DNA of 64,000 bases from Alphaproteobacteria bacterium (GTDB lineage Bacteria; Pseudomonadota; Alphaproteobacteria; UBA828), in contig OZ243972.1 in NCBI GenBank assembly GCA_965214705.1, forward strand, positions 1,728,001 through 1,792,000, in the 5' to 3' direction. Shown here piece by piece: positions 16,701 to 25,766 of this stretch; within the stretch, counting starts at the first letter, position 1; each line of letters starts with the position of its first letter. The position numbers and the translations under genes are program-made. The notes under the pieces were generated by a model that saw only the letters and a list, made by a program, of their open reading frames with translations, was not told the DNA's origin and ran no database searches.

Positions 16701-17588
16701 TTGGAGATAGCGATGCGCGTGGAATTCGGCGAAGGAATCGACATCTTGACACGGGCTTATCCCAGGCTCAGTCGTCAGCTCAAGAAGTCTGCCGCCTATA
16801 TCATGGAGCATCCGAGCGAGGTTGCCACGTTCTCCATGCGCCGGTTGGCGGCGAGGGCAGGGGTGCCTCCAAGCACCATGAACCGGCTCGCCAAGGAGGT
16901 TGGCTTCCGAACTTACGAAGAGTTTCGCGCGCTCTTCCGCGATAGTATCAACGACCAAGCGACGGTTTATTCCCTTCAGGGCGGCCAAGTACATGTGGCC
17001 GCCCGCGAAGACAAATTCGACCACTATCTCAATGCCTTTCAACAGGCGGCGCTGACCAATATCCATGCCTTGTTCGACCACATCGATCGCGCGGCCCTGG
17101 AGCGGGCGGTGCAGGCGTTGGCGGACGCGCGCACCGTACTCGTGATCGGGCTGTTCACATCCGAGTCATCCGCCAACTACCTGCACCATGTGGCGGCCAC
17201 AGGGTTTCACAACTGGCACCTGCTGGTGCCCAATAGCGCCGAGTACTTTCAACTGTTGGGAGCCTTGGCGCCCGGCGATGTCGTCGTCTGCATCGCCGTC
17301 GAGCCTTGCGCGTCCGAATCCATCAAGGTTGCCCGGCACGCTCGGGAGGCGGGTGTGCGGGTCATCGGCGTCACCGACCGGCGCACGTCGCCCTTGGCCG
17401 CAAGCGCGGACGACATCCTGCTGATCTCGGTCCACAGCCCGAACATTTTCCCGTCTCACGTCGGCGCCACCGCCCTCGTGGAACTGCTGGTCGGTATGAT
17501 CGCGGCGCGCGACGAACGCTCGGTTGCGGAGAACGTGGAAAATACGGAGCGTTCGCGCCGAAAGATGGGTGACTATTGGAGCGAATGA
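16701..17588 (+). CDS. MurR/RpiR-family transcriptional regulator
   Basis: N-terminal HTH (SMRRLAARAGVPPSTMNRLAKEVGF) plus a SIS domain (VIGVTDRRTSPLA). The start codon is uncertain. Confidence 0.85.
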   Translation: MEIAMRVEFGEGIDILTRAYPRLSRQLKKSAAYIMEHPSEVATFSMRRLAARAGVPPSTMNRLAKEVGFRTYEEFRALFRDSINDQATVYSLQGGQVHVAAREDKFDHYLNAFQQAALTNIHALFDHIDRAALERAVQALADARTVLVIGLFTSESSANYLHHVAATGFHNWHLLVPNSAEYFQLLGALAPGDVVVCIAVEPCASESIKVARHAREAGVRVIGVTDRRTSPLAASADDILLISVHSPNIFPSHVGATALVELLVGMIAARDERSVAENVENTERSRRKMGDYWSE

Positions 17589-17609
17589 TCCGAGACTTTT
17601 GCGATCCGA

Positions 17610-17653
17610 ATGAGTGAAAGCCTCGGTTTAACCGGCTCGTTCGTTCCATTCCG
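17610..17653 (+). repeat. 44-bp direct repeat, copy 1
   Basis: ATGAGTGAAAGCCTCGGTTTAACCGGCTCGTTCGTTCCATTCCG matches 25628-25671 at 41/44 positions. Confidence 0.85.
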
Positions 17654-17962
17654 AAGTGCAGCGTCGCCGGCGACTGGGAGAGATAGGCGGTCCCGAGCCG
17701 CACCTCCTGCACTTGGTCGCCCGAGGCCGTCCGCACCGTGACCCGCGCGCCGATGGCCAACGGGTTGGCGTGCTGGCCTGCGAGGTCGATCGCGAGCCAA
17801 TGATGCCCGCTCTCGAAGACGTTGCGATAGGCCGTGGGCGCAGCGCCGTGACTGGCGATGAGAATGTCCACCCGGCCGTCGCCGTCGTAGTCGGCGGCGG
17901 CCATCGAGTAGACTGAGCGGTCGGTTCCAGTGCCGAACGGGGTGGGCATTGCCACGGACCGG
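17650..17962 (-). pseudogene. Fragment of a CRTAC1-like (FG-GAP + ASPIC/UnbV) protein
   Basis: ADYDGDGRVDIL, HWLAIDLAG, AIGARVTV and YLSQSPATLHFG. Truncated on both sides, by the 44-bp repeat and by the 72-bp inverted repeat. Confidence 0.7.
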
Positions 17963-18134
17963 CCTGCCCACAACTTTATTTGTAACTACCCAGGTACCCC
18001 GCCGCCAGATCTGAGTGCGTGCTGATGTTGGTCGCCGCCGGTGCCGTTTGGCCGTCGGCGCATCGATGATCTGCCCCTTGACTGTATAGGCGCGCTCGCC
18101 TATGGGTTGCTCTCTCGCATGAGAGGAGCAGCCG

Positions 18135-18803
18135 GTGGGGTATTTCGGATCGAAGGCGACGACCGGTCTGAGCCAGGCGCTGATTGCGCTGATGCCCCCG
18201 CACTCTGTCTATATCGAGAGCCACTTGGGGGGCGGGGCGCTGATGAAGCGCAAGCCTGCGGCCGTGCGCTTGATCGGGATTGACCGCGACGAGCGGGCGC
18301 TTGAGTCCTTCGACTGTGGCTACCCGGTGGAGTTGGTGCACGGCTGCGCCCACTCCTTTCTGGCCTCGTTCCCGTTCCTGGGCCCGGAGCTGGTCTACAG
18401 CGATCCGCCCTATCTGCACGCGACCCGGCGTTCGTCGCAGCGCTACCGCTTCGAGTACGAGGAGGCCGACCACGTCGCGCTCCTCGAACTGCTCAAGGGT
18501 CTGCCCTGCCAGGTGATGGTCTCGGGCCACCCGTCTGCGCTCTATGACGAGTTGCTGGCGGGCTGGCGCCGGCTGGCGCTGCAGGTGACGACCCAGGCCC
18601 AGGTGCGGACCGAGGTGGTGTGGTTCAACTTCGCGCCCGACCGGGTGCACTGGGCGAGCTGCGCGGGCCGCAACTTCACCGACCGCCAGCGCATCAAGCG
18701 CAAGGCGGCCAACTGGGGCCGGCGCTACGAGGCCATGCCGGCGGGCGAACGCCTGGCGGTGCTGGCCGCGATCATGGCCGTCGAGGCTGACGAGGGTTTG
18801 TGA
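18135..18803 (+). CDS. Dam-like DNA adenine methyltransferase (IS passenger gene)
   Basis: YFGSK, SAM-binding-like ESHLGGGA and catalytic YSDPPY. Its stop overlaps the transposase start (GTGA). Confidence 0.75.
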   Translation: MGYFGSKATTGLSQALIALMPPHSVYIESHLGGGALMKRKPAAVRLIGIDRDERALESFDCGYPVELVHGCAHSFLASFPFLGPELVYSDPPYLHATRRSSQRYRFEYEEADHVALLELLKGLPCQVMVSGHPSALYDELLAGWRRLALQVTTQAQVRTEVVWFNFAPDRVHWASCAGRNFTDRQRIKRKAANWGRRYEAMPAGERLAVLAAIMAVEADEGL

Positions 18804-20341
18804 CAGTGTCGCGCTGGCACGCGGACCTCGCCGCTCACGACGAGGCTTTCGCGTGCCTGCAGGACCTTTTCACCCCACAATCCTTCGCGATGACCGCCGT
18901 CAAAGCCATCCGGGAATGGGGCCAGGGGCTGCTTCGCCTGAGCGCGGCGCTGGTCAAGGAGAACGACGCGCTGGAGCGGGAGAACGCCCGCTTGCGCGAG
19001 CGGATCGCCGAACTTGAGCGCAGCGCCGCGCTCGACAGCACCACCAGCTCCAAGCCGCCGGCCAGCGACGGCCTGAAGAAGAAGAGCGGAGACCAGGAGA
19101 AGCGCACCCGGAGCCGGCGCGGCAAATCCGACAGGCCCAGCGGCGGTCAGCCGGGCCACAAGGGAACCACCCTGGAGCGGACCGAGAACCCGGACCACGT
19201 CGTGGATCATGATCCGTCCGCCTGTGAGGGCTGCGGCGCGCCGCTGTCGGACGCCGACCGTCACGGAGCCCCCGTCTGCCGGCAGGTCTTCGATGTGCCC
19301 GAGCCGCAGCCCCTCGAGGCCACCGAGCATCGCGGCCATCGCTGCCTCTGCGCCGCCTGCGGTACCATGACAACAGCCGCCTTCCCGAACGGCGTGAGCG
19401 CCCCGGTCCAGTACGGGCCGCGCATCACCGCGTGGGTGACCTACCTGCTGCACGCTCAGTTCATTCCGGAGAAGCGCGTCGCCGAGGTCATGAGCGATCT
19501 CTTCGCGGTCAAGATCTCAACGGCCACCATCGCCGCCATGGGCCGGCGCACCGCCCGGCGCTTCGAGGGCTTCCTCGATCGTGTCGCAGAGATCATCCGC
19601 ACCGAAGCCCCGGTCAAACACCTCGACGAGACCGGCATCCGCATCGCCGCCCGGACCCATTGGCTCCACGTGCTGTGCACCCCGTTGCTGACCATCCTGC
19701 GCGTCGCCAGCGGGCGCGGCCATTTCGACGAGAAGCTCAACGGCATCGTCATCCATGACGACTATGCCACCTACTTCGCTCTCGAGGGCGTGCGCCACGG
19801 GGCCTGCAACGCCCATCACCTGCGTGAGCTCCAGGCCCTGATCGAGATCGAGAAGGAAGACTGGGCAACGAGCACGCACCAGCTGCTCTCCCGTGCCAAC
19901 AGAGCCGCCCGCTTCGCCCGCAAGAATGATCGCGACGTGCCCGCATCACTGGTCGCCCGCATCTCGCGAGCCTGGGACCGCATCCTCGAACGTGCCATCG
20001 CCGCTCACGAAGAGATGCCGCCGCTCCAGACCGGAAAGCGCGGACGACAAAAGCGCCGCATCGGTCACAACCTCGCGCTCCGGCTCCAGAAGTACAAGGA
20101 GGGGTGCCTGCGCTTCCTCACCGACCCGCGAACCCCGTTCTCGAACAATGAGGCGGAGCGCGATCTGCGAATGGGCAAGCTGCGTCAGAAAATCTCAGGC
20201 GGCTTCCGCTCGATGCAAGGTGCCTGCGACTTCGCCAACCTGCGGTCCGTCATCGCCACCGCTCGAAAACAGCGCTGGAATGTCCTCGAAACCCTGGCGC
20301 ACCCCGATCCCATGCAGCTAATCCCGGTACTGCGCTTCTGA
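18800..20341 (+). CDS. IS66-family transposase
   Basis: Coiled coil followed by SSKPPASD, GGQPGHKG, CEGCG Zn finger, HLDETG, CNAHHLREL and NNEAERDLR. Confidence 0.92.
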   Translation: MTVSRWHADLAAHDEAFACLQDLFTPQSFAMTAVKAIREWGQGLLRLSAALVKENDALERENARLRERIAELERSAALDSTTSSKPPASDGLKKKSGDQEKRTRSRRGKSDRPSGGQPGHKGTTLERTENPDHVVDHDPSACEGCGAPLSDADRHGAPVCRQVFDVPEPQPLEATEHRGHRCLCAACGTMTTAAFPNGVSAPVQYGPRITAWVTYLLHAQFIPEKRVAEVMSDLFAVKISTATIAAMGRRTARRFEGFLDRVAEIIRTEAPVKHLDETGIRIAARTHWLHVLCTPLLTILRVASGRGHFDEKLNGIVIHDDYATYFALEGVRHGACNAHHLRELQALIEIEKEDWATSTHQLLSRANRAARFARKNDRDVPASLVARISRAWDRILERAIAAHEEMPPLQTGKRGRQKRRIGHNLALRLQKYKEGCLRFLTDPRTPFSNNEAERDLRMGKLRQKISGGFRSMQGACDFANLRSVIATARKQRWNVLETLAHPDPMQLIPVLRF

Positions 20342-20564
20342 AATCCCCCGCCGCTCCGCTCCACGTCAGCGGCACCAGGCCAGAGGCATCAGTCCATCAC
20401 GCGTGAGTGCTCGGCGGAATCAGACCTGGGCAGTTACCTTTATTTGCCGATTTCCTCCAAACGGGGGACGCACAAACTCGTCCGACTCGCCTAACTTTAC
20501 TCTCCCGCGAAACTGTGGAAGCGCGGTCGGGTACCCGACGTCCAGCCCGACCCGGCCCGCCGCC

Positions 20565-23500
20565 TCAAAACCGCGCCGTCAGTCTGAACCCGATCCCGTG
20601 CTCGGGAAGGGCAGTGCCGTTGGCGCTTTCGCGCCGGTGCGCCTCCAGCAGGAACTCCAGCGACCCCGGCCCGGCTCCGGCGCGGGTCAGCCGCCAGCCT
20701 AGGCTGTAGTCGCGGCCCGCCTCCGACAGGCCGAGCCCGAGCTCCGGCGTGACGGTGAACCGGTTGCCGAACATCGCCGACCCGTAGCCGAACCGCGCCT
20801 CCAGGCGGCGCCGCCGCAGATCGTCGCCGTCGTCGTTGGCCGCGAGCCCCGCGAGTGTGCCGTGCTCGAGCAACGCGTCCTTGCCGCCCGATCCGCCCGT
20901 CCCGAACGTCTGGCTCAGCGTCAGCATCGGACCCCGGCCGTTCGAGGGCGGCGGATTCCAGGCGAGCGTTCCGGCGATCCCGCGGTCCCTCAGGTCCGCC
21001 GCCTCGTGGGTCAGCATGCCCCTTCCGTCCAGCGAGACGGTCAGGCCCTGCGCCGGCGACGCCAGCTCGACGCCGCCGCTGATATCCACGCCATGGCCGG
21101 TCTCCGCATCGCCGCCGTCTTGGCGCACCCCGAGCCCCAGGCGGGGCGTCATCGTCGCCCCGTCGCCGAGCGCCAGCGGCCACGAGCCCTCCAGGCCAAG
21201 CCGCAGCCGGGTCACCGACGCCTGCGCTGCGGTCAGGTTGCCGGCGGACGACGATACCCGCGCCGTCGTCGTCCGCACCCAGCGCGCATCCGCCACCGCA
21301 TCGAGGCCAGGACCGTCGCCGCCGACCAGCGTGCCGCGCGCGCCCGCCGCCGCCAGCGTCATCCCGAGATCGGTCTTCAGCGCCGTCCCGTCCGCCTGCG
21401 TCAGCGTCAGCTCGCCCGAGCCGTAGCCCGCCGCGCCCCACACCGACAGATGCTCCGTTAGCGCATAGCCCGTCCAAGGCGTCACCGCCGTCACACCGGC
21501 CTCGATCTCGCCGGAACTCCCGCCCCGGTAGCCGCCCTCGCCGGTGCTGTGCGAGAGCACCAGGCCCGTCGTCCAACGGTCCCAGGCGTAGTCCGCGCCG
21601 AGAAGCGCCGTGGTCACGTCGCCGTCCAGGCTGAGCGTTCCCTCGCGGCCCGCGAAGCGCGTCTGCGCCATCCGGCCCCAGAGCCCGGCAAAACCGCCGC
21701 CGTCCGTCTCCGCCGCCAGCGAGAAGGACGAGCCCAGCAACAGCTCGCGCGGGGTCATCGACCAGGACCCGGGGTGCGACGCGTCCCCTTCCGGCGTCTC
21801 CCCGTTCAGCCACTCCGCCATCGCCACGAGCCGCGCCGCCTCTTCGGCCTCGGCCGCGCCGCCGAACGGCGAAGCCGAAGCCGCGCTGGAGCCGGGATTC
21901 TCAACCCCGGAGGAATTCTCGCCGGAGCGCGACCCCGCCGCAGGCGGCGCAACGCCGATACGCTGACCGCCCACGCCGATCTCCACCCCGGCCGAGGGCG
22001 CCGTGCGCAGCCGCCCCTCCACTGCATCGATCACCTGGTCCGCCACCGTGCGCCCGAACCGCGCCAGCCACGCCTGCGGCAGCGGATCGGAGTTGTAGAT
22101 GGTCCCCGTCGCCTCCCCTCTGGCGATGGTGATCGTCCGCGACGCGTCGTTGCACAGCCGCGCGTTGCTGATCTTCACCTTCACCGTCTCGCCGTTGTCG
22201 TTGACGTCGTCGTCCACCATCCACACGAACTGTTCCTGCTCGGTGGCCCTGGGCCACATCCACTGCGTCGACTTCGGGCGCGCGAGATAGTCGTCCCCCA
22301 AGTCCGCCGTACCCGTGGTCAGGGTCTCGAAGTCGTAGCAGACGTAGTCGGACAGCCCCCGCGAGAGCCGCACCGGGAAGTCCATCCCGCCGTCGCCCTC
22401 GTTCCCGGTGGTATCGAGGATCCGGATGTCCACGTCCGGCACCGCCGTCGTCGTGGTCGAGGCTGCGTTGATGGTGCCCGTCGCCTGGGCGTCCGTGATC
22501 GTCACGCCTCCGAACTCGGGCCCCGCTGCCGCGATGACCCGCGCGTTGCTGATTTCGCCCAACACCGTCTCGCCGTCGTCGCTCACGGTATCCGCAATCA
22601 GCTCGACGGCGGCTGGCTTCTCGCTCTCCCCCGGCAGGAAGAGGATTCTGTGGCGTGACCTCCAGTAGTCCGCGCCCTCGGTGGCGGTGCCGCCGGACAC
22701 GGTCTCGAAGTCGACCGCGATGGTCTGTTTCGCCGGCTTCGACAGGTGCACGTCGAAGGCCAGATACGCGTCGTTCTCCCGCGCCGTCGTGTTCTCGATC
22801 GAGACGCTCGGCAGCATGTCGGTGTTCATCGCGAGGGTGTCGTAGTGCAGGGTCAGCTCCGGCGAACTGGTGATCCGGGCCCCGCCCCCGGTGCACAGCG
22901 CGCCCCGCGCACTGCAGGGCCGGTTGCCCCGCAGCCGGACGGTGACGGGCTCCCGAGCCTCGATGGGAAGCACCGTCATGCGCCACTGGGCGCTGTCGCC
23001 GCCGATGCGCTTCGCCTTGACCATCCGCCCGTTCGTCACTTCGAAGGCGTGATCGCGTATCTCGCCGTGCGGGGTGCTCACGGCCTCGGTAAGCGTGAGG
23101 TCGAACCTGTAGGTCAGGTCCGCGTAGTAGTCCGCGTGCTCCTGGACGTAGAACTCGGGCGAGGCGAGCGTCGCTGTGACGGATGTTTTGGCCGTGCCCT
23201 TTATCTGCATCTGGAACGCGCGTGCTCCTCCTCCTGCCGACCAAGACGAGGTGCCCCTGGCAGCTTGCTTGTATCTCTGGTTAATGCGCCAACCGGCCGC
23301 GTTGCCCGGATCGATGCCGGTGCTCAGCAACGTTCTCCACCAAGTCGGACCACCGTTAGAGGAACTGTGGCTCGCCACCACCCAATAGGTGCTGCCGGCG
23401 TCCAGGGAGGCATTCGACGGCGCGGAGAATTCGTTCAGCCCGCTCAACAACGACGCGGGGTTCGTCAGCGTGTACAGCACCGTTCCGCTCGGGTTGCCCG

Positions 23501-23939
23501 AGTCGTTCTCGCGTAACGTGAGGGTCAATGTGCCGCTAGTAGGCGCGCTGTTGAAGTCCAGCACGATGCTGTCGAGCGTGTACCCATCGGCGTTGCTCCC
23601 CGTGCGGAAGGGCTGGGCATAGTCGCTACCACCGGGATTACGGGACCCGCTATCTGCTCGCCCGGTATTCGATACAAGGACCGTGCTCTGTGCCTGCGCC
23701 TGCATGGACACCGCGCAGAGCGCGGCGAAGGCCAGCAGAATTCCGGCTGCGGCGCACAAGCCCCGGCGTGCCAGCGCGCGCACCGCCGCCCCGGAGCAGT
23801 GTCCGCGCGCAGCCCCGGAAGGACTCCGCGCCCCAGGCCGGGCCGCGTCGCCCTTGCCCGCGCCGAAAAAAACAAGAGGAACAAACACGCTGCTATAGCG
23901 GTGCACGACGTGCCTCCTCTCCGACCACGTTTCCTCCAT
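20565..23939 (-). CDS. Large secreted/autotransporter-like surface protein with Calx-beta-like repeats and a C-terminal beta-barrel
   Basis: Signal-like AQAQ cleavage. Two VDFET..GTAT.G.DY...DDGET Calx-beta-like units. PLPQAWLARFGRTVA linker. Barrel ends in GFRLTARF. The start codon is uncertain. Confidence 0.75.
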   Translation of the reverse strand: MEETWSERRHVVHRYSSVFVPLVFFGAGKGDAARPGARSPSGAARGHCSGAAVRALARRGLCAAAGILLAFAALCAVSMQAQAQSTVLVSNTGRADSGSRNPGGSDYAQPFRTGSNADGYTLDSIVLDFNSAPTSGTLTLTLRENDSGNPSGTVLYTLTNPASLLSGLNEFSAPSNASLDAGSTYWVVASHSSSNGGPTWWRTLLSTGIDPGNAAGWRINQRYKQAARGTSSWSAGGGARAFQMQIKGTAKTSVTATLASPEFYVQEHADYYADLTYRFDLTLTEAVSTPHGEIRDHAFEVTNGRMVKAKRIGGDSAQWRMTVLPIEAREPVTVRLRGNRPCSARGALCTGGGARITSSPELTLHYDTLAMNTDMLPSVSIENTTARENDAYLAFDVHLSKPAKQTIAVDFETVSGGTATEGADYWRSRHRILFLPGESEKPAAVELIADTVSDDGETVLGEISNARVIAAAGPEFGGVTITDAQATGTINAASTTTTAVPDVDIRILDTTGNEGDGGMDFPVRLSRGLSDYVCYDFETLTTGTADLGDDYLARPKSTQWMWPRATEQEQFVWMVDDDVNDNGETVKVKISNARLCNDASRTITIARGEATGTIYNSDPLPQAWLARFGRTVADQVIDAVEGRLRTAPSAGVEIGVGGQRIGVAPPAAGSRSGENSSGVENPGSSAASASPFGGAAEAEEAARLVAMAEWLNGETPEGDASHPGSWSMTPRELLLGSSFSLAAETDGGGFAGLWGRMAQTRFAGREGTLSLDGDVTTALLGADYAWDRWTTGLVLSHSTGEGGYRGGSSGEIEAGVTAVTPWTGYALTEHLSVWGAAGYGSGELTLTQADGTALKTDLGMTLAAAGARGTLVGGDGPGLDAVADARWVRTTTARVSSSAGNLTAAQASVTRLRLGLEGSWPLALGDGATMTPRLGLGVRQDGGDAETGHGVDISGGVELASPAQGLTVSLDGRGMLTHEAADLRDRGIAGTLAWNPPPSNGRGPMLTLSQTFGTGGSGGKDALLEHGTLAGLAANDDGDDLRRRRLEARFGYGSAMFGNRFTVTPELGLGLSEAGRDYSLGWRLTRAGAGPGSLEFLLEAHRRESANGTALPEHGIGFRLTARF

Positions 23940-23947
23940 TTTGCGAG

Positions 23948-24019
23948 AAAGTTAGGCGAGTCGGGCAAGTTTGTATTTCCCCCGTTTGAGGGAGATTGGC
24001 AAAAAAACTTATGAGCAGG
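23948..24019. repeat. Right copy of the 72-bp inverted repeat
   Basis: AAAGTTAGGCGAGTCGGGCAAGTTTG...TTATGAGCAGG is the reverse complement of the left copy. Confidence 0.75.
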
Positions 24020-24438
24020 TATGCCCTTCGGGCGTCGTTCTAATCCGGGCGCGCATACCCTGCACCGCTTCGACGTCGGAAGCCGCCAGACGGGCCTTTC
24101 GGGGCCGTTTGGCCGCTCCGCGTAGAGCGCTGTTCCGCCGCCGTCAACAGCCGGAGCGCAGGTGGATCTTCGCGCGGCGGGACAGCCTGCCGCAGCGAGG
24201 AGGAGCGCGTGGCATCCCCCAATTGGAGGATTGCGCAACCAATTCCTTCTACTACGCTTGGGCTACCGCAACTGGGGTTAAGGGTGAACGACTTCGCGCC
24301 GCAAGCCATATCCGCAGCCCTTGCGTATCCGCCATGAGTGGCACCGTCGCCGCAGGGCCGCACGGGCGCCGGGGGCGGCATCGGAGCAGAACCGGACGGG
24401 GCCGATCGAAACGACGATATCGATAGCGTGCGGGTAAA

Positions 24439-25590
24439 ATGCGCGAGCCCGATGCATTCGAACGGATCGTGGACTCACTCAACGAGGCCATGCTCGACGA
24501 CGCCCACTGGCCGCACGCCTCCGCGCTCATCGAGGAGGCCTGCGGGGCGAGGGGCAACTTTCTGACGTTTGAGGACGGGTTCCCCGCGGACGACATCCGG
24601 TTCTTCTTCGCGAAGACCTACATTCGCGGGGAAGACCGCGCACCATGGCTGGAAGAGTACCTTCGGACCTACTACGCCGTGGACGAATGCCTCCCGCGAT
24701 GGAGGCAGCTCCCGGACAGCAAAATCGTTCACATTGCCAATCTGTTCAACGAAGAGGAACGAAGAACGTCGATCGCCTACAACGAGGCGGCGCCGCGTTT
24801 CGAGTACGAGAACGGCCTGAACGTGCGCCTGGACGGTCCCGGCGGTTCACGCATCCTCTGGGGAGTGGGGAACCCCATCGACTCGAGCGGCTGGGCCACC
24901 TCCCGGCTCGACATGGTCGCGCGGGTTCTTCCCCACCTGCGCCAGTACGTTCGGGTGCGCTCCGCACTGGTGGATGCGGGCGCACTCGGCGCGTCCGCCA
25001 CCGAACTCCTCACCAACACCCGCACCGGAATCATCCAGCTCGACCGGCGCGGGCGGATCGTGGAGACCAACGACGGCGCGCGGGACCTGCTCCGCCGAAA
25101 CGACGGGCTGTCCGACGCGGACGAAGAGTTGCACGCCACCTGGCCGGACGACGACGAAAGGCTCCAGGCGCTGCTGGCCGGGGCGTTGCCGCACCGTCTC
25201 GAACAGGGCGTGAGCGGCTCGATGCTGTTGAGGCGACAATCGCCGCTGCCGCGGTTGGCGCTGCACGTGAAGCCGGTGTCGAGCCGGGACGCGGCCCATC
25301 GCTCCCGGCGCGTGGCCGCGCTCGTGCTGATCGTCGACCCGGTGAGCCGGGCGCGCATCGAGCCGGATCTGGTCGAGGCGATGCTGGGGCTCACGCCGAC
25401 GGAAACCGAGATTGCGGTGATGCTCGCCCAGGGCCAGACCCTGCACCAGATTGCTGCGGGAACCGGTCGCGGATACAGCACCGTGCGCACGCACCTCAAG
25501 CACATATTCGCCAAGCTCGGGGGATCGCGGCAATTCGAGGTGACGCAGGCGGTCCTTGCGCTGTCGAGCCTGCCGAAGACGAAAGACTAG
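24439..25590 (+). CDS. LuxR-type HTH regulator with a PAS-like central region
   Basis: C-terminal GLTPTETEIAVMLAQG...STVRTHLKHIFAKLG; central GIIQLDRRGRIVETN. Confidence 0.85.
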   Translation: MREPDAFERIVDSLNEAMLDDAHWPHASALIEEACGARGNFLTFEDGFPADDIRFFFAKTYIRGEDRAPWLEEYLRTYYAVDECLPRWRQLPDSKIVHIANLFNEEERRTSIAYNEAAPRFEYENGLNVRLDGPGGSRILWGVGNPIDSSGWATSRLDMVARVLPHLRQYVRVRSALVDAGALGASATELLTNTRTGIIQLDRRGRIVETNDGARDLLRRNDGLSDADEELHATWPDDDERLQALLAGALPHRLEQGVSGSMLLRRQSPLPRLALHVKPVSSRDAAHRSRRVAALVLIVDPVSRARIEPDLVEAMLGLTPTETEIAVMLAQGQTLHQIAAGTGRGYSTVRTHLKHIFAKLGGSRQFEVTQAVLALSSLPKTKD

Positions 25591-25627
25591 GGGCTGGCAG
25601 GCGTGCGTGCGCGGAGGCTGCCGCCGC

Positions 25628-25671
25628 ATGAGTGAAAGCCCCGGTTTAACTGGCTCGTTCGTTCGATTCCG
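25628..25671 (+). repeat. 44-bp direct repeat, copy 2
   Basis: Matches 17610-17653 at 41/44 positions. Confidence 0.85.
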
Positions 25672-25766
25672 CCGCGTGATGGCAGCACCGCGCAAACCGC
25701 GACTGGCGGGGAATGCCGGCTCGTGACACCATGGCGGCACGGCTCATTCGGACGAGAGGCGCCGCC

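Larger units (their letters stand above)
17982..20437 (+). mobile_element. IS66-family element (single-transposase, ISBst12-like) carrying a DNA methylase gene
   Basis: Ends GTAACTACCCAGGT / ACCTGGGCAGTTAC (13/14 inverted repeat). 8-bp duplication CTTTATTT at 17974-17981 and 20438-20445. Confidence 0.9.
17963..20497. repeat. Left copy of a 72-bp inverted repeat, split by the IS66 (17963-17981 + 20446-20497)
   Basis: After removing the IS66 and one TSD copy, it aligns without gaps to the reverse complement of 23948-24019 (59/72 by manual count). Confidence 0.75.

Noticed and set aside
17610-17653. 44-bp repeat as an integron attC or dif site
   Set aside because: It has GTTTAAC but lacks the long R''-L''-L'-R' palindrome and the XerC/D arms, and neither recombinase in the window shows evidence of being IntI.
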